A DNA stretch of 64,000 bases from Octopus vulgaris (Eukaryota). Shown here piece after piece: positions 12,574-24,555 of the stretch. The notes below the pieces were generated by a model, which did not search any database, was not told the origin of the DNA, and was given only the letters and a program-made list of their open reading frames with translations. The first letter of the stretch is position 1, and each line of letters starts with the position of its first letter. The DNA is taken from contig OX597816.1 of assembly GCA_951406725.2 (NCBI GenBank), forward strand, positions 159,154,001 through 159,218,000, written 5' to 3'. The position numbers and the translations under genes are program-made.

Positions 12574-13112
12574 GGCAAGCAGTTTCCGCTACACTAAGTT
12601 TCGAATCCTAGTTGTAGAAAACCAGTACCAAACATCTGTGTAATGTAGAAAAAAAATACATATAAAGAAAACAACGGTCTCTCTCTCCCTCTATCCATCT
12701 TTTTTTCTCTCTCTCTCTCCCTTTTTTCTCTCTCTTCCTCTTTTTTCTCTCTCTCCCTCTTTCTCTCTCTCAACCTCTCTCCCTCTTTTTTCTCTCTATT
12801 CCTCTCTATCTCTATCTCTATCTCGTTTCTCTTTCTCTTTATCTCTCTGTTTGTCTGTCTCTGTCTCTCTGTCTCCCATAAGAAAAGCAAATTCAGTTTT
12901 TCTTCCCTTTTACTTGATCTGTTTTCTGTCTTCCCTTTTAAATCCTCCTCTCTCTCTCTCTCTTTCCTTCTAAAGCTTCCTTCTCCCTTTCTCTCTCACT
13001 TATTTCATTTACTTTATCATTTCTCACCTCACGTCTCCTTCTCCTCCTCTCTCTCTCTTTCTCTCTCTCACTCACTCACTCACTCTCTCTTTCTCTCTCT
13101 CTCTCTTTCCTT
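12310..13112. repeat. (GA)n block followed by degenerate (CT)n blocks
   Basis: Directly visible. Confidence 0.95.
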
Positions 13113-13685
13113 TTTTATTCTGTGGTAAAAAAAAATAAGAAAAAAACAGTCAAGAAAAACGACGACGCCAAAGCGGAAAGAAATGCCAGGTGCAGGTGTC
13201 TCCTTTTCTACCAGTGTCTGATGTCGCTGCAATGGCAATTTGCTATTGTTCAAAACGCGCATTTTGAGTTGCGTTGATCTGCTGTCGCTGCAGTTGCTTC
13301 TTGCTCTCTGCAGATATGGAACATGGAATTGTTTGCTACTATTGATTGAGAGAAGGTGGTGGCGGAGCGACAGAAACGATAGGCAGTCAGGTTTAAATGC
13401 CTCGCGGTACGTATTTACTGACGTTGCGAGTTCAATTCTCGCTGCAGCCAACTATTTTTGCATCTTAGGTTTCTGATGTCGTTAAAGCAAACAAAAACAA
13501 AAAAAAACTACTAGAAACAATTTGAATTACAGACTTCTCCCTACCTTACAAAATTTTACCTGTGTTAGAATTCGTAATAATTAACGGAAAAGAACCAGTA
13601 GAGTGGCAGAAACGGTAGAGCTATTGGTTCACAAAAGGTGTGCCGCCGCAAGAAAATATAGACACATCACGGATTTATAAAGATA

Positions 13686-14725
13686 CTTGCAGAGATACCC
13701 GGCGTTGCCCGGTTACATTCAATTGAAAAATTAGACTTTTCTGTTATATTTTCTGAATGAACTGGAATATCTATGTTTCGAATTTCATCAAAATTGCAGA
13801 TGAGGGTTATTTCCCTCTTTACACACCCTAAAAATTGTAATCGTGCCACATGGAAACCAAAAGACGAATGATCACAATAAGCAGTCAGTTACCCTACCCT
13901 TGTCGTTACCACTCCCAATGTAGGATTCCTCACCATCCAGGTGACAGGCACAGCCGTAAGATGCATTACGAATCTATAGCAATTGGAAGGGCGTGACCCA
14001 ACTGAAATCAACATTAACAATTGTGTGACGTGAGGGCTTAGGAGAAATTAAAGTGTCACCTCTGGAGTTTGCAAATGACCACTATACTGATACGTAACTG
14101 GACAGAATGAATTTAAAATCTATAAATGTCTTTGAATAACCAGTCACTCATCTGGGAAGGCCTTGTGATCAATGTTACCATCTGGGGACTATGTGTGACC
14201 GAGTGATAATAAAAAGACTGAAAGGAGGTCTGCAATCAAATAACTTTACTCAACACTTTGCAGCTGAATCAGTGGAGACAAAGATGCCTCTCATTTACTT
14301 AACAATTTATGCACCACATTGCAGAAATCACAATGTAAGTGTATGTCAAAGCAAACTGTTACACAGTTGTACCGTTGAATTAGAAATAATGCCCAACTTT
14401 TATGCTCGGGTAACCCTACAGCTTCCAAGAGCACAACTGTATTCGTTTTTGCTTAGATAAAATGACAAAATTGTGGGTGTTAAGTCCCCATGGAAGGGTC
14501 TTTCTAACTTTGTAAGAAGATGAAATTTCATAAATATTACTCCATTTGTGTCTAATAGCTATGGTTAAAATTTCATCAACTGCAAAAATATACGAATTGT
14601 CATGGTGGTTATGGCCCTTAAGCTTAGAATATAATTTCCAAATTTCCTAAAGATCCATTCAGTACTTTTGACCTAGTTCTGGATCATAAAAGAAATTACT
14701 AAAATTTGGGAGTTAAGGCTCCCAT
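13686..14725 (-). mobile_element. Degraded Helitron-like element
   Basis: Minus-strand 3' end CCGGGCAACGCCGGGTATCTCTGCAAG|T resembles the Helitron ends at 9549 and 43211; the far boundary is uncertain. Confidence 0.4.
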
Positions 14726-14794
<69 letters not shown>

Positions 14795-14801
<7 letters not shown>

Positions 14802-14925
14802 GGAATGGCCTTAATAGGCCATTCAACTCACTAAAACGAGCAGCTAAACTCAAACCGCTAAATAGTAGTAATTCAGCTGCTCTTTTTAGTGAGTTGAATG
14901 GCCTATTAAAGCCATTCCTTAATAT
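14795..14925. repeat. 51-bp inverted repeat (29-nt spacer) inside an insert between (TA)n runs
   Basis: Arms 14795-14845 and 14875-14925, 2 mismatches. Confidence 0.9.
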
Positions 14926-15031
14926 TATTGTTGAATATATATTATATAGTCTTTTGACTATTTTTTCTTTCTCACTAGACCGCTGGTGGCGAAAATAATT
15001 TCTATTGAATTTTTTGCTACCCTTATATTGA

Positions 15032-15157
<126 letters not shown>

Positions 15158-15425
15158 CACGCACACACACACACACACACAAAGATAAATTGATAGATAC
15201 AACTGAGTGGGCAAACAAAAATATGAGACACAGCCTAGTGCTTTTTTATGTTGATTAGTTTGTTCCTGTGAAACCAGTAAGTTTTGTGGATGTAAATAAA
15301 TGAACAGCAGTTGTGAAGCAGTGATGAGGGCGAAACACAGACACAAAGACACACACATACACTTACATATATGCATATATATACGATTGATTTGTTTCAG
15401 TTCCTGTCTACGAAATCCATATATA

Positions 15426-18160
15426 TTGTTGTTGGCATCCTTTTTGTCACGAGAGACAATGGAGTTGCGCATCAAATAATCTAGTCCGGCTTTTACATTT
15501 CATGTCCTAATACATCTCCTGCTGTGGATGTGTAGTCCTATCCAGTACAAACACTTCCTCTGGCAGGTGCCGCAAATGTAGCGAAGACTTTGCCTGGCTG
15601 GTTGTAATGTCATACTTTCTTATTGACGTCTTTTCTTGTCTTTCTATTTCTCCTCTCCCTCTATGTCACTCCTTTGTGTTCCCTCTTTTACGGTAGGTTG
15701 CCAATCTCTACGGTTGCTGGCAACTACTTCCCAGTTGGTAATATTGATGTTGCAGGCATTCATGTCCCTTTTGCAAACATCCTTGTATCGTAAGAACGGT
15801 CTTCCCACAGACCTAGAGCCCCTAGCAAGCTCTCCGTTGAGTATGTTGTTGGGGATTCTGCCATATTCCATACGGCTAACATGTCGAAGCCATCTCATAC
15901 GTCTTTCTGTGAGGAGTGTAAACATGCTTGGTATTCCTGCTTGCTTGAGGACATCTTTGTTGGGGACATGATTCTGCCATTTAATGCGAAGGATTTTCCG
16001 GAGGCAGCGCAGGTGAAAGATATTTAGGCGACGTATGGCGTCGTATGGCGTGTGTATGGCGTCCAAGTCTCACTTCCATACAGTAGATTGCTAAGTACAC
16101 ATGCTCGGAAAATCTTCAATTTTGTGGTCTTGGTCAGCTTATTGTTGTCCCATGCCCGTTTGGAGAGTTGGGCCATCACAGCAGCTGTCTTGCCAATGCG
16201 TATATTGAGCTCAGTATCAAGGGATAGGTTGTAGGTGACGGTAGAGCCAAGATAGGTAAACTTCTCCACCTCCTGTAGTCTGTGGTCTCCAATATGTATG
16301 TTTGGGATAGTCGATGTCACCTGGCCCATGATGTTGGTCTTCTCGAGGCTGATAAATAAGCCAAAGTTGCCACATGCTTGCTCAAAACAGTTGATTAGCC
16401 TTTGTAGGGCTTCTTCTGTGTGTGATACCAGAGCGGCATCATCAGCAAATAGCATCTCCTTGATGAGGACGCTTCTGATTTTGGTCTTGGCACGCAAACG
16501 CGAGAGATTGAACAGTTTCCCATCACTTCTACTGTGCAGAAACACTCCATCATCTGATGTCACAAAGGCATGTGACTGCAATGGCGAGAAGAAGATGCCA
16601 AATAATGTAGGAGCAAGGACACAACCTTGCTTTACCCCATTTTTTATTTGGAAGGCGGCTGATGTTGAACCATTGTGCTGTATGGTGCCTTGCATATCAT
16701 CATGGAAAGATGTGATGATCCTCAGCAGCTTTGGTGGACGTCCGATTTTTTGGAGCATGATGAAGAGGCCTTTTCTACTTACCAAGTCAACGGCCTTTGT
16801 CAGATCAATGAAGGCCATATATAATGGCATTTTCTGCTCTCTGAACTTCTCCTGAAGTTGGCGTATGGAGAATATCATGTCAATAGTTGATCTGCTTCTT
16901 CTAAAGCCACACTGCGATTCTGGATAAATTCGAGAAGCAAGCAGTTGCAGCCTGGACAGGATAATGCGAGCAGAGGTCTTTCCAACAGTGCTTAGAAGAG
17001 ATATTCCACGGTAATTGTTACAATCACCACGGTCACCTCTGTTTTTGTAAACCGTAATGATGTTAGCATCCCGCATATCTTGAAGGACTGTACCCTCCTC
17101 TCAACACTGACACAGAAGCTCATGAATGTGCCGAAGCAGGATGGTGTTTTTGCCGGTTTTGATGATCTCAAATGGGATGCCGTCTTTTTCCGGAGCCTTG
17201 TTACTTGCTAGGGAGTCAATAGCCTTGGTGAGCTCTGCTATAGATGGCAGACTGTCAAGTTCACACATGACTGGCAAGATCTTGACACCCTCGATTGCAG
17301 CCTCAGCTACCGTGGTCTCTCGTGAGTAGAGATGCTGGTAGTACTCCACCCATCTATCCATTTGCTTGCTTTGGTCCTTGATGAGATCCCCAGTAGTTGA
17401 TTTCAGAGAGGCTGACTTGGATGCGGATGGACCGAGGGCCTTCTTCAAACCGGCATACATCCCACGGGTGTCGCCACTGTCAGCAGCTGACTGGATACTC
17501 TGACAGATTTCCTGCCAATACCTATTTGCACAGCGTCTGGCAGTCAGTTGGGTTTTATTTCTTGCCTTTCTGAGTTCTTCGAGTGACTTTATAGAAGAAT
17601 CACTCTTGTATTACATCAGAGCTGCACGCTTTGTTTCGATAAGTGTTTCCAGCTCTGAGAGCCCAGCACTGAACAAAATCTGGGTTTTGCCTTTCTCTCA
17701 TGCTGAAAGTATCTATTGATGTGGTATACAAAGCTTCCCTGATATAATTCCACCTACTTTCAGCAGAGGGGTTTGGGCAGCTACTGAGGGCAACTTTGAT
17801 AGAAACAGCAAAACATTGTCGCAGTGTAGGGTCGGGGGTTCTGGCAGTGTTAATGCGTGGTCGGCCCATTTTCTTGGAGTGATGGACTTTTTAGGCAGAA
17901 TCCTCACCCTGCTTCTTATTAGTGAATGATCTGTGTCACAATCCGCGCTGTGGTAACTACGAGTCAGTTGAACAGAATTCAGAAAGGGTCTTCGTGTAAT
18001 GATGAGATCCAGCTGATGCCAGTGGTGAGATCTTGGATGTCTCCAAGATTCCTTATGGGATGTCTTGTTGGCAAAGAATGTGTTAGTGATGCACAGGTTA
18101 TGGTATGTGCAAAATTCAAGTAGTCTCTGGCCATTGTCATTCATGTTGCCAATACCAAAA
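15426..18160 (-). mobile_element. RTE-clade (BovB/RTE-1-like) LINE, 5'-truncated, frameshifted APE+RT ORF
   Basis: APE motifs (NDNGQRLLEFC, TNTFF, HQLDLII, DCDTDH); RT motifs (NYRGISLLS, QCGFR, FIDLTKA, GVKQGCVLAPTLF, LFADD, FTYLGS, LLYGSETW); C-terminus CLRKILRIKW..; 3' end GGATGCCAACAACAA. Confidence 0.96.
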
Positions 18161-18229
18161 CACGCATACACTTACATATATACATACATATATATACGAT
18201 CGATTTGTTTCAGTTCCTGTCTGCAGAAT

Positions 18230-18282
<53 letters not shown>

Positions 18283-18780
18283 TACACATACATACATACA
18301 TATATATTTGGAATTTACAAAAGAAACGAACAAAAGACGAAGACGGGTGTGTAAACAGCAAACAGGTTTATTAGTTTAACGCTCCGGACTTAGGAATATT
18401 TATATAGGGAGTACTACTAATTTTAAAATTAGATATAGGGGACACAAGAATTCATTTATTCACCCCTATATAAAAAATTACTGACATTTTAGTATGTTGT
18501 AAGCATAAATATTTAGCGTCTTATAATTTTCTTAAACTTTAAAATATAATTTTTTAGAATACGGTCCAATTCCAATTAGATCATTAGATCCAATGAACAC
18601 TTATGCACAAACCTGTAATCTTAAATTATTTTTTTTTTAGTAGTACATTGGAATATTCCAATTGGCTATTATTTGCATGATTAACTAAAGTTAACCTTTC
18701 AATGATTTTCATTTCTTATTTAAACGTGGTATTCCTCTTGAAATCGTCAGGACCTGATATAATGCTGTCACTTATTCATT

Positions 18781-20406
18781 TCGAAGTCGTGAGTTAAATT
18801 TTGTTACTGCGTTGCACGTTAGTTTTGTTGAGCGTTTTTTGTTGTGCGGTTACACGGTATTTGTCTGTCTGTGTCGAGACGGACAGGGACGGCCCCTCCC
18901 TGATGGGAGAGACGGCATGAGTGTTCGAGACCCTATCGGACTTGTCTGCGTCTGAGGAGGAGTTGGAGGAAGCGGTGGAAGGAATGGACCGGAAATTGGG
19001 TGATGCTTGTGCTGGAGTGGCCGGGGAGTCGGAGGAGAGAGAGTTGGACTTGGCCGGGCTGCCAAGTTGCCAGAAGTTTGTCAGGAAGGAGGGCGGTGAG
19101 GTGGAGTTGGCACCGCCACCAAGGCGTAGAGAATGGTACGAGGTGGGGACCATTGCATACAGGGTCTATGTGGGCGGAAGGAGAGGGGTCGAAGTGGTGA
19201 ATGTGGAATGGATGGAGGGGGCTCTGAGAAGAGCGGAGGAGGGGATAGCATTTCTGACAGGAGGTGTAAGCTGCGGTGCTATGGTGGTGCAGTTCGGGAG
19301 TGAAAATGTAGCAAGAAGGATGGCGGCGAGGGCAGTGAAGTCTGAGAGGGTGTTCCTGTTGCCCTCGTACCTAAACAGGAAGACCACTAGAATAGGGGTG
19401 GGTGGAGGGAGTGTCCCCAAGTGTCGAAGCTGAATGGATTGTGGCGGCTATGATTGGCGGTCGTGAGAAGGAGGTGGACATCCTCCACGCCACGGTGAAG
19501 ATCGAGGGCTGGAGGGGCGCAACGCTGGACTTGAATGTGCAAGCGGAGGATGAAGTGCTGGAGAACCTGACGGGGAATATCAGAGTGGGAGGCGTGATCA
19601 TGAGAGTGTGGGTCGAGGGCAGAGCTCCACGCTGTTACAAGTGTGGCCTGCGAGGGCACATAAGAGCTAACTGCCCTCCCCCAGAGAAAAATATGGATGC
19701 GGAACCACAAAGAGAGGCGGAAAAAGAGCAGAAACCAGAAGAGAAAGAGACAACAGAAGAAGAAGAGGCTTCAAAAGAATGGGAAGAAGCCAGGAAAAAG
19801 AGGAAGAGAAGAATAAGAGGAAAAGCAAACAGTACGGAACCCCAATCCACCCCAACACCACCCACACCCTCTGAGTCCCACCCTCTACCTGCAGACAGTG
19901 AACCCGCCCGCTCCCCTCCAACAAGAAAACAGAAAAGAAAAGACACACAAGATACAAAAAATGAACCCCGGCCCAACATTGTATGTATGACAGGAAAGGA
20001 AAAGATTAAAAAGACGATGGAAGAATATCAATGGTGTGACAGAGGACCGATCAGATATGCAGTAATTGGAAAAGAACGAATGGACGAGTTTATGGTAATG
20101 TGTGAAAGGGAGGATTGGGAAGTAAGTGAAGTGAGAATGGTCGAAAAAATCATGAGGGATTTGGAAGAGACGTTTGAGAGAAGAATGGAGATGGATGGAT
20201 TTTGTATAGGAACTGAACAAGGAGCATTTGTGTGGGATTAATAACTAAAGGACAGGTAAGTGATGCTAACGGATGGGGCCGTTAGCATCACTTTCATAAT
20301 ATCATTTTCAAAATTCATCTTTCATATCTATGTATCTGTGATGTTCTATGTCCCCAATGTCTTGTAGTGTCCCCTCTGTGTGGCCCCTAGTGGGCAATAA
20401 AGAAAA
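18781..20406 (+). mobile_element. ORF1/gag-only non-autonomous non-LTR retroelement (HAL1-like architecture)
   Basis: Flanked by TGCTGTCACTTATTCATT (18763-18780 / 20416-20433); single interrupted ORF with CX2CX4HX4C; no RT/EN; ends GTGGGCAATAAAGAAAA. Confidence 0.8.
18903..20241 (+). pseudogene. Disrupted L1/Tx1-type ORF1 (gag-like, CCHC zinc knuckle), ~444 aa when repaired
   Basis: ATG 18903 in frame with TGA 18918 and ORF 18921; 4-nt GGTG duplication near 19400 shifts into ORF 19402-20241; CYKCGLRGHIRANC at 19633-19674; basic RKKRKRR motif. Confidence 0.8.
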
Positions 20407-20653
20407 GTCAGTACCTGCTGTCACTTATTCATTGATACTCAAAAACTGAACTTTCACCAACTGAATACTCACCATGTAGTACCTTACTGCTTTTTGTTGG
20501 ATTTTACCTCGAGAAAGGAGGGCTGAATTTCGAATACTTCGTACAACCACTTTTCTGAAACGGCTGCAGGTTAGGGAAAAAATTTTAATCGCCTCTTTCA
20601 ATTTAGGTTTTTATTTTTCATGTTTATATTCGTATTTCATGGTTATGTTTATA

Positions 20654-21217
20654 TTGGGTTGTCTGGAAAGTTCGTGCCGATTTTTAAAGGAAAGTAAAGG
20701 TCACTAAATACTTGCCATTACATTTTTAATGAACCAAATCTGAACCATTTCGTTGCACAATACGTCTCCATCTTTCCTTAACCTTGAAAATACCCTCTTC
20801 CCAGAATTGGGGTGATTTCAAGGCAAAGAATTCGTCAAGGTATCTTTTTATGTCATCTAAGGAATTGAAATCTTTACCATTAAGACTTTTCTGCAGAGAC
20901 CTGAATAAGTGGAAATCCGAAGGAGTAATATCTGGGGGATAGGGAGGGGGGTAACACATCCCAGCCGAGCTGCAGCAATTTTTGTCTGGTTCCCAAAGCA
21001 TCAAGTGCCGAAAATGAACTTTCTTATCTTGCATTTTAAATGGGTTACAGAATTAACACAGGTTATAGGAACATAAACCTTCTTCCACGAAAAGATAGCT
21101 TAAACTGTGCTCTAAATGGATGTGTAGTCAAATCCTATTTTATGGACTCAAACATGTTCTAAAATAAGTCGAAAGATAAGCTACTATAAATCGGCACGAA
21201 CTTTCCGGACAACCCAA
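20654..21217 (-). mobile_element. Internally deleted mariner element
   Basis: TA|TTGGGTTGTCTGGAAAGTTCGTGCCGATTT ... AAATCGGCACGAACTTTCCGGACAACCCAA|TA; ORF fuses the N-terminus (HFRHLMLWE) to PPYPPDITPSDFHLFRSLQ. Confidence 0.93.
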
Positions 21218-21619
21218 TATTTCTATTTTTATCATGAAACTCTTAACATAAATATTTGTATATTCGTATGTGCTACATCTGAATTTTCTTGTCTGAATGT
21301 TTTAAGACAAATATCCGAAATTTTTATCGTATACCACATTTTATTAATACTTAGCTCATATACAGAGACAAAAATGTTGTACTATATACTGCAGGTTATC
21401 TCCATTAACTTTTTGCTGTAATATACGATTTTTGCTCTCGTGACTGGACTAAGGCTACGTTGTTTTACCATTATTAATAAATTGTATAATAACATTAAAT
21501 TATAACTTTATATGGTGCATTTAGGTTCGTTGTGTGACCACCCATTTTGGCCAAAAAAATTGCATACATATTACATGGTCTTAAACTAATTTTGCCGGTA
21601 AATTTGAAACGTTTATATT

Positions 21620-21784
21620 ACGTTCTGAGTTCAAATTCCGCCGAGGTCGACTTTGCCTTTCATCCTTTCGGGGTCGATAAATTAAGTACCAGTTACGCAC
21701 TGGGGTCGATGTGATCGACTTAATCCGTTTGTCTGTTCTTGTTTGTCCCCTCTATGTTTAGTACCTTGTGTGCAGTAAAGAAAT
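21620..21784 (+). mobile_element. SINE family A, 5'-truncated
   Basis: CGTTCTGAGTTCAAATTCCGCCGAGGTCGACTTTGCC..GTAAAGAAAT. Confidence 0.9.
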
Positions 21785-21971
21785 ATATATTAATTTAGCA
21801 TTAGAATTCTTCAAGTTGTATAAAAATTGTTTGCATCATTCGAAAGAGAAATAAGTTTTGCATAAGGTGTAAAAGATATAAATAATTTGTATGGTGTTAG
21901 TAACAAAATATTTTGTAAGAAATAGAACTTTTATCGTCGGTCTTAAATATATTTTCGTTGGTGTATATATC

Positions 21972-24555
21972 TCAGGTCATCCCATAAGTTCTGTCCGAAT
22001 TTTGGATAAAGAATCCAAGTGATTAAATGTTATATTTAATTGAAAGTAAATCATCAATGTACTTTCCCTGATTATCTATGACTTACTTCCATCTATTTAC
22101 AAGCTTTTTAATCTCATCAATGTAAAACTCTTTTGGTTTCAAAGCGAAGAACTCTGAAATGTCAGGTTCGACCTCCTCCTGGCTTGCGAAAGTTGTGTCC
22201 CCCTAATAATTCTGTAAACTATGAAACAAATGGTATCCTGAAGGAGTAAGGTCGGGAGAATAAATTGGATGAAGAAATTTTTCTAAATCGTCCTCTTCGA
22301 TCTTCTGTGATGTGATCTTTGCAGTGTGGGATTGCGCATTGTCCTGATGAAACATCACTTGTTTATGATTCACTAAAGCAGCTCTTTTTTCCTTCAAAGC
22401 TTGGTTCAAACGCTCTAATTGCTGACAGTAGACTTGAGCATTGATTGTTGCATTAGGTGGTAACGATATAAAGTGAATTACGCCTTTGCAATATCACCAG
22501 ATAGAGTAGAATCTTATTCCCATGAAGTTCCCTTCTCGGTTGTGGTTGAGCATTTTCCCTTTTACCAAGCCACTGTTTACGACGTTTAACATTTCGATAG
22601 AAAATCCATTTTTTGTCACAAGTCTATCGAAAAAGGGTGAAATGAGTTTGCGAGAATGGAGAGAAGAGCAGATGTCAACTTGGGATTTGCGGTTGCTTTC
22701 GGACAATACATGAGGCACCTATTTTCCAAGTTTAGGAATCTTTCCACGTTGTTGAAGATGACGATGAACTGTTGTATGGTTTGATATAAGCTTTATTGCC
22801 AATTCTTCAACTGATAATGACGGATTTTCTTCAAGTAATGCCTCAAGGAGCTTATCATCAAACTCAACTGGACGTCCCATTCGATCTCCATCTTCAATTT
22901 TGCAAACGATCTCCTGCAAGTTCTTTCATTCAAGCACTTTCCCATAAACTGAGTGTATGTTTCGAGTCACTTCGGCTGCAGAGTTACCTTTATTGTACTC
23001 ATAAAGAATTATATGTGCCTTAAATGCTCCTTGGATACTTCCATGTTGAAAGGGTTTTAATCAAAGCAGTTTTAGGGTGTCCACGAAGTCTGGGTACATG
23101 GAATAAAATCATAACATAAACAAATATAAGAAATAATAATTTTCCTTTTTTACTTTTGTTTAAATTAAATAAAAAAAATACTTTACTTTTCTAAATTTAT
23201 TTGTTATTTTTTCTACAGATGATCGAATGATGGCTCTGTCTAAAGAAGAAAGAATCCCAGTTCGAATGATGGATCTGTCTAAAGAAGAAAGAATCGAGTT
23301 AGTATTATTAAGTGGACGAGAGGGATGGTCTTATCGCAAAATTGCGGAAGAATTTAATCTTCGACACCCTTATAGGCAACCTATTTATTTTACTGCCGTC
23401 GGGAAATTGATCAAGAAATATAAAGAAAGAGGCAGTGTTTTGGATAAACCCCGTTCCGGGCGACCAAAGACTTCAGATGAAACTAAAGAGGCTGTCATGG
23501 CTAAAGTTTCTGCTAGCCTAAAGAAATCACTTCGTCGGACATCCACGGTGTTAGGTGTTCCAAAACCAACCATGCACAAAATGCTGGTTGAGGAAAAGTT
23601 TCATCGATACAACCTACAGATATTGCATCACTTAAATGAAGACGACCCTAATAGACGAATGTAGACGTGCGAATGGTTTTCAGATAAATTGGATGAAAAT
23701 ATCAATTTTACGAAAAACTTTGTGTTGTTCAGTGACAAAGCTACATTTTATGCAAATGGCGAGGTCAACAGACAGAATCTTCTATACTGGTCTCGAGGTA
23801 ATCCACACTGGATGAATCCGTCCAAACAGCAAGGCAGCAAAAAGGTGATGGTGTGGTATGGTTTGTGGAAAGCTCATGTTCTGGGACCCTTCTTCATTGA
23901 ACATGTAACGGATGAGACTTATGTAAACACATTGAGAGACAAATTAATATCTCAAATTGAGCGCTTAGGCGAGAGCTTTCCGAATTGGTTTCAGCAGGAT
24001 GGGACCCCTATTCATTTTTCCACAACTGTTAGAGATTGGCTTAATGACATTTTTCCTCACTGGATTGGAAGAAGAGCTCATATGGAAAGGTCCCCTCGTT
24101 CATCAGCTCTTTCTCCCCTTGATTTCTTTTTCTGGGGTATGTTGAAAGAGAAAGTTTATTCAATAAAGATTACAGATTTAAAACAAATGAGAGAACGCAT
24201 TACCAGTCAGTATGCTGAAATTGATGGCAATGTAGACTTATTTAATAAAGTTCACCTGAATTTTGCAAGACGCATCAAGTTATGCATTGAAAAATGATGG
24301 ATATCACTTTGAAAATATTATTTATTAACATTATAATTAAATAAAATTGTTTTGTTTTAAAAGTATGTGTTAATCCCCATGTACGCAGACTTGGTGGACA
24401 CCCTCTATTATTTTGTAAAACAATATTGAATTAGTTTAAACGTACACAAATGCATAAAAATAATTTTTAGTTGAATTAGACATTTGAAAATACTATTAAA
24501 TTTCATTCAAATCTAAAAAAAGGTAAAATTGGACAGAACTGATTGGATGACTTGA
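21972..24555 (-). mobile_element. Full-length degenerate mariner (DD34D) carrying a nested Tc1/mariner insertion
   Basis: TIRs TCAGGTCATCCCATAAGTTCTGTCC / GGACAGAACTGATTGGATGACTTGA; transposase pieces from ATG at 23044 (MEVSKEHLRH.., GRPVEFDD, HQDNA..YSPDLTPSGYHLF, 34-residue spacing). Confidence 0.92.
23074..24405 (+). mobile_element. Tc1/mariner element of rosa/VS type (DD40D), near full length, one in-frame stop
   Basis: TIRs AGGGTGTCCACGAAGTCTGGGTACATGG / CCATGTACGCAGACTTGGTGGACACCCT; transposase 23227-24297 with PRSGRPK, FSDKATF, WFQQDG..40 aa..PLDFFFWG; TAG at 23662. Confidence 0.93.

Noticed and set aside
13355-13452. tRNA-like sequence with GAGTTCAATTCTC
   Set aside because: Matches an old family A SINE head; no cloverleaf.
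15321-15338. GTGATGAGGGCGAAAC resembling a hammerhead core
   Set aside because: No flanking helices; it is the decayed central part of a family B SINE.
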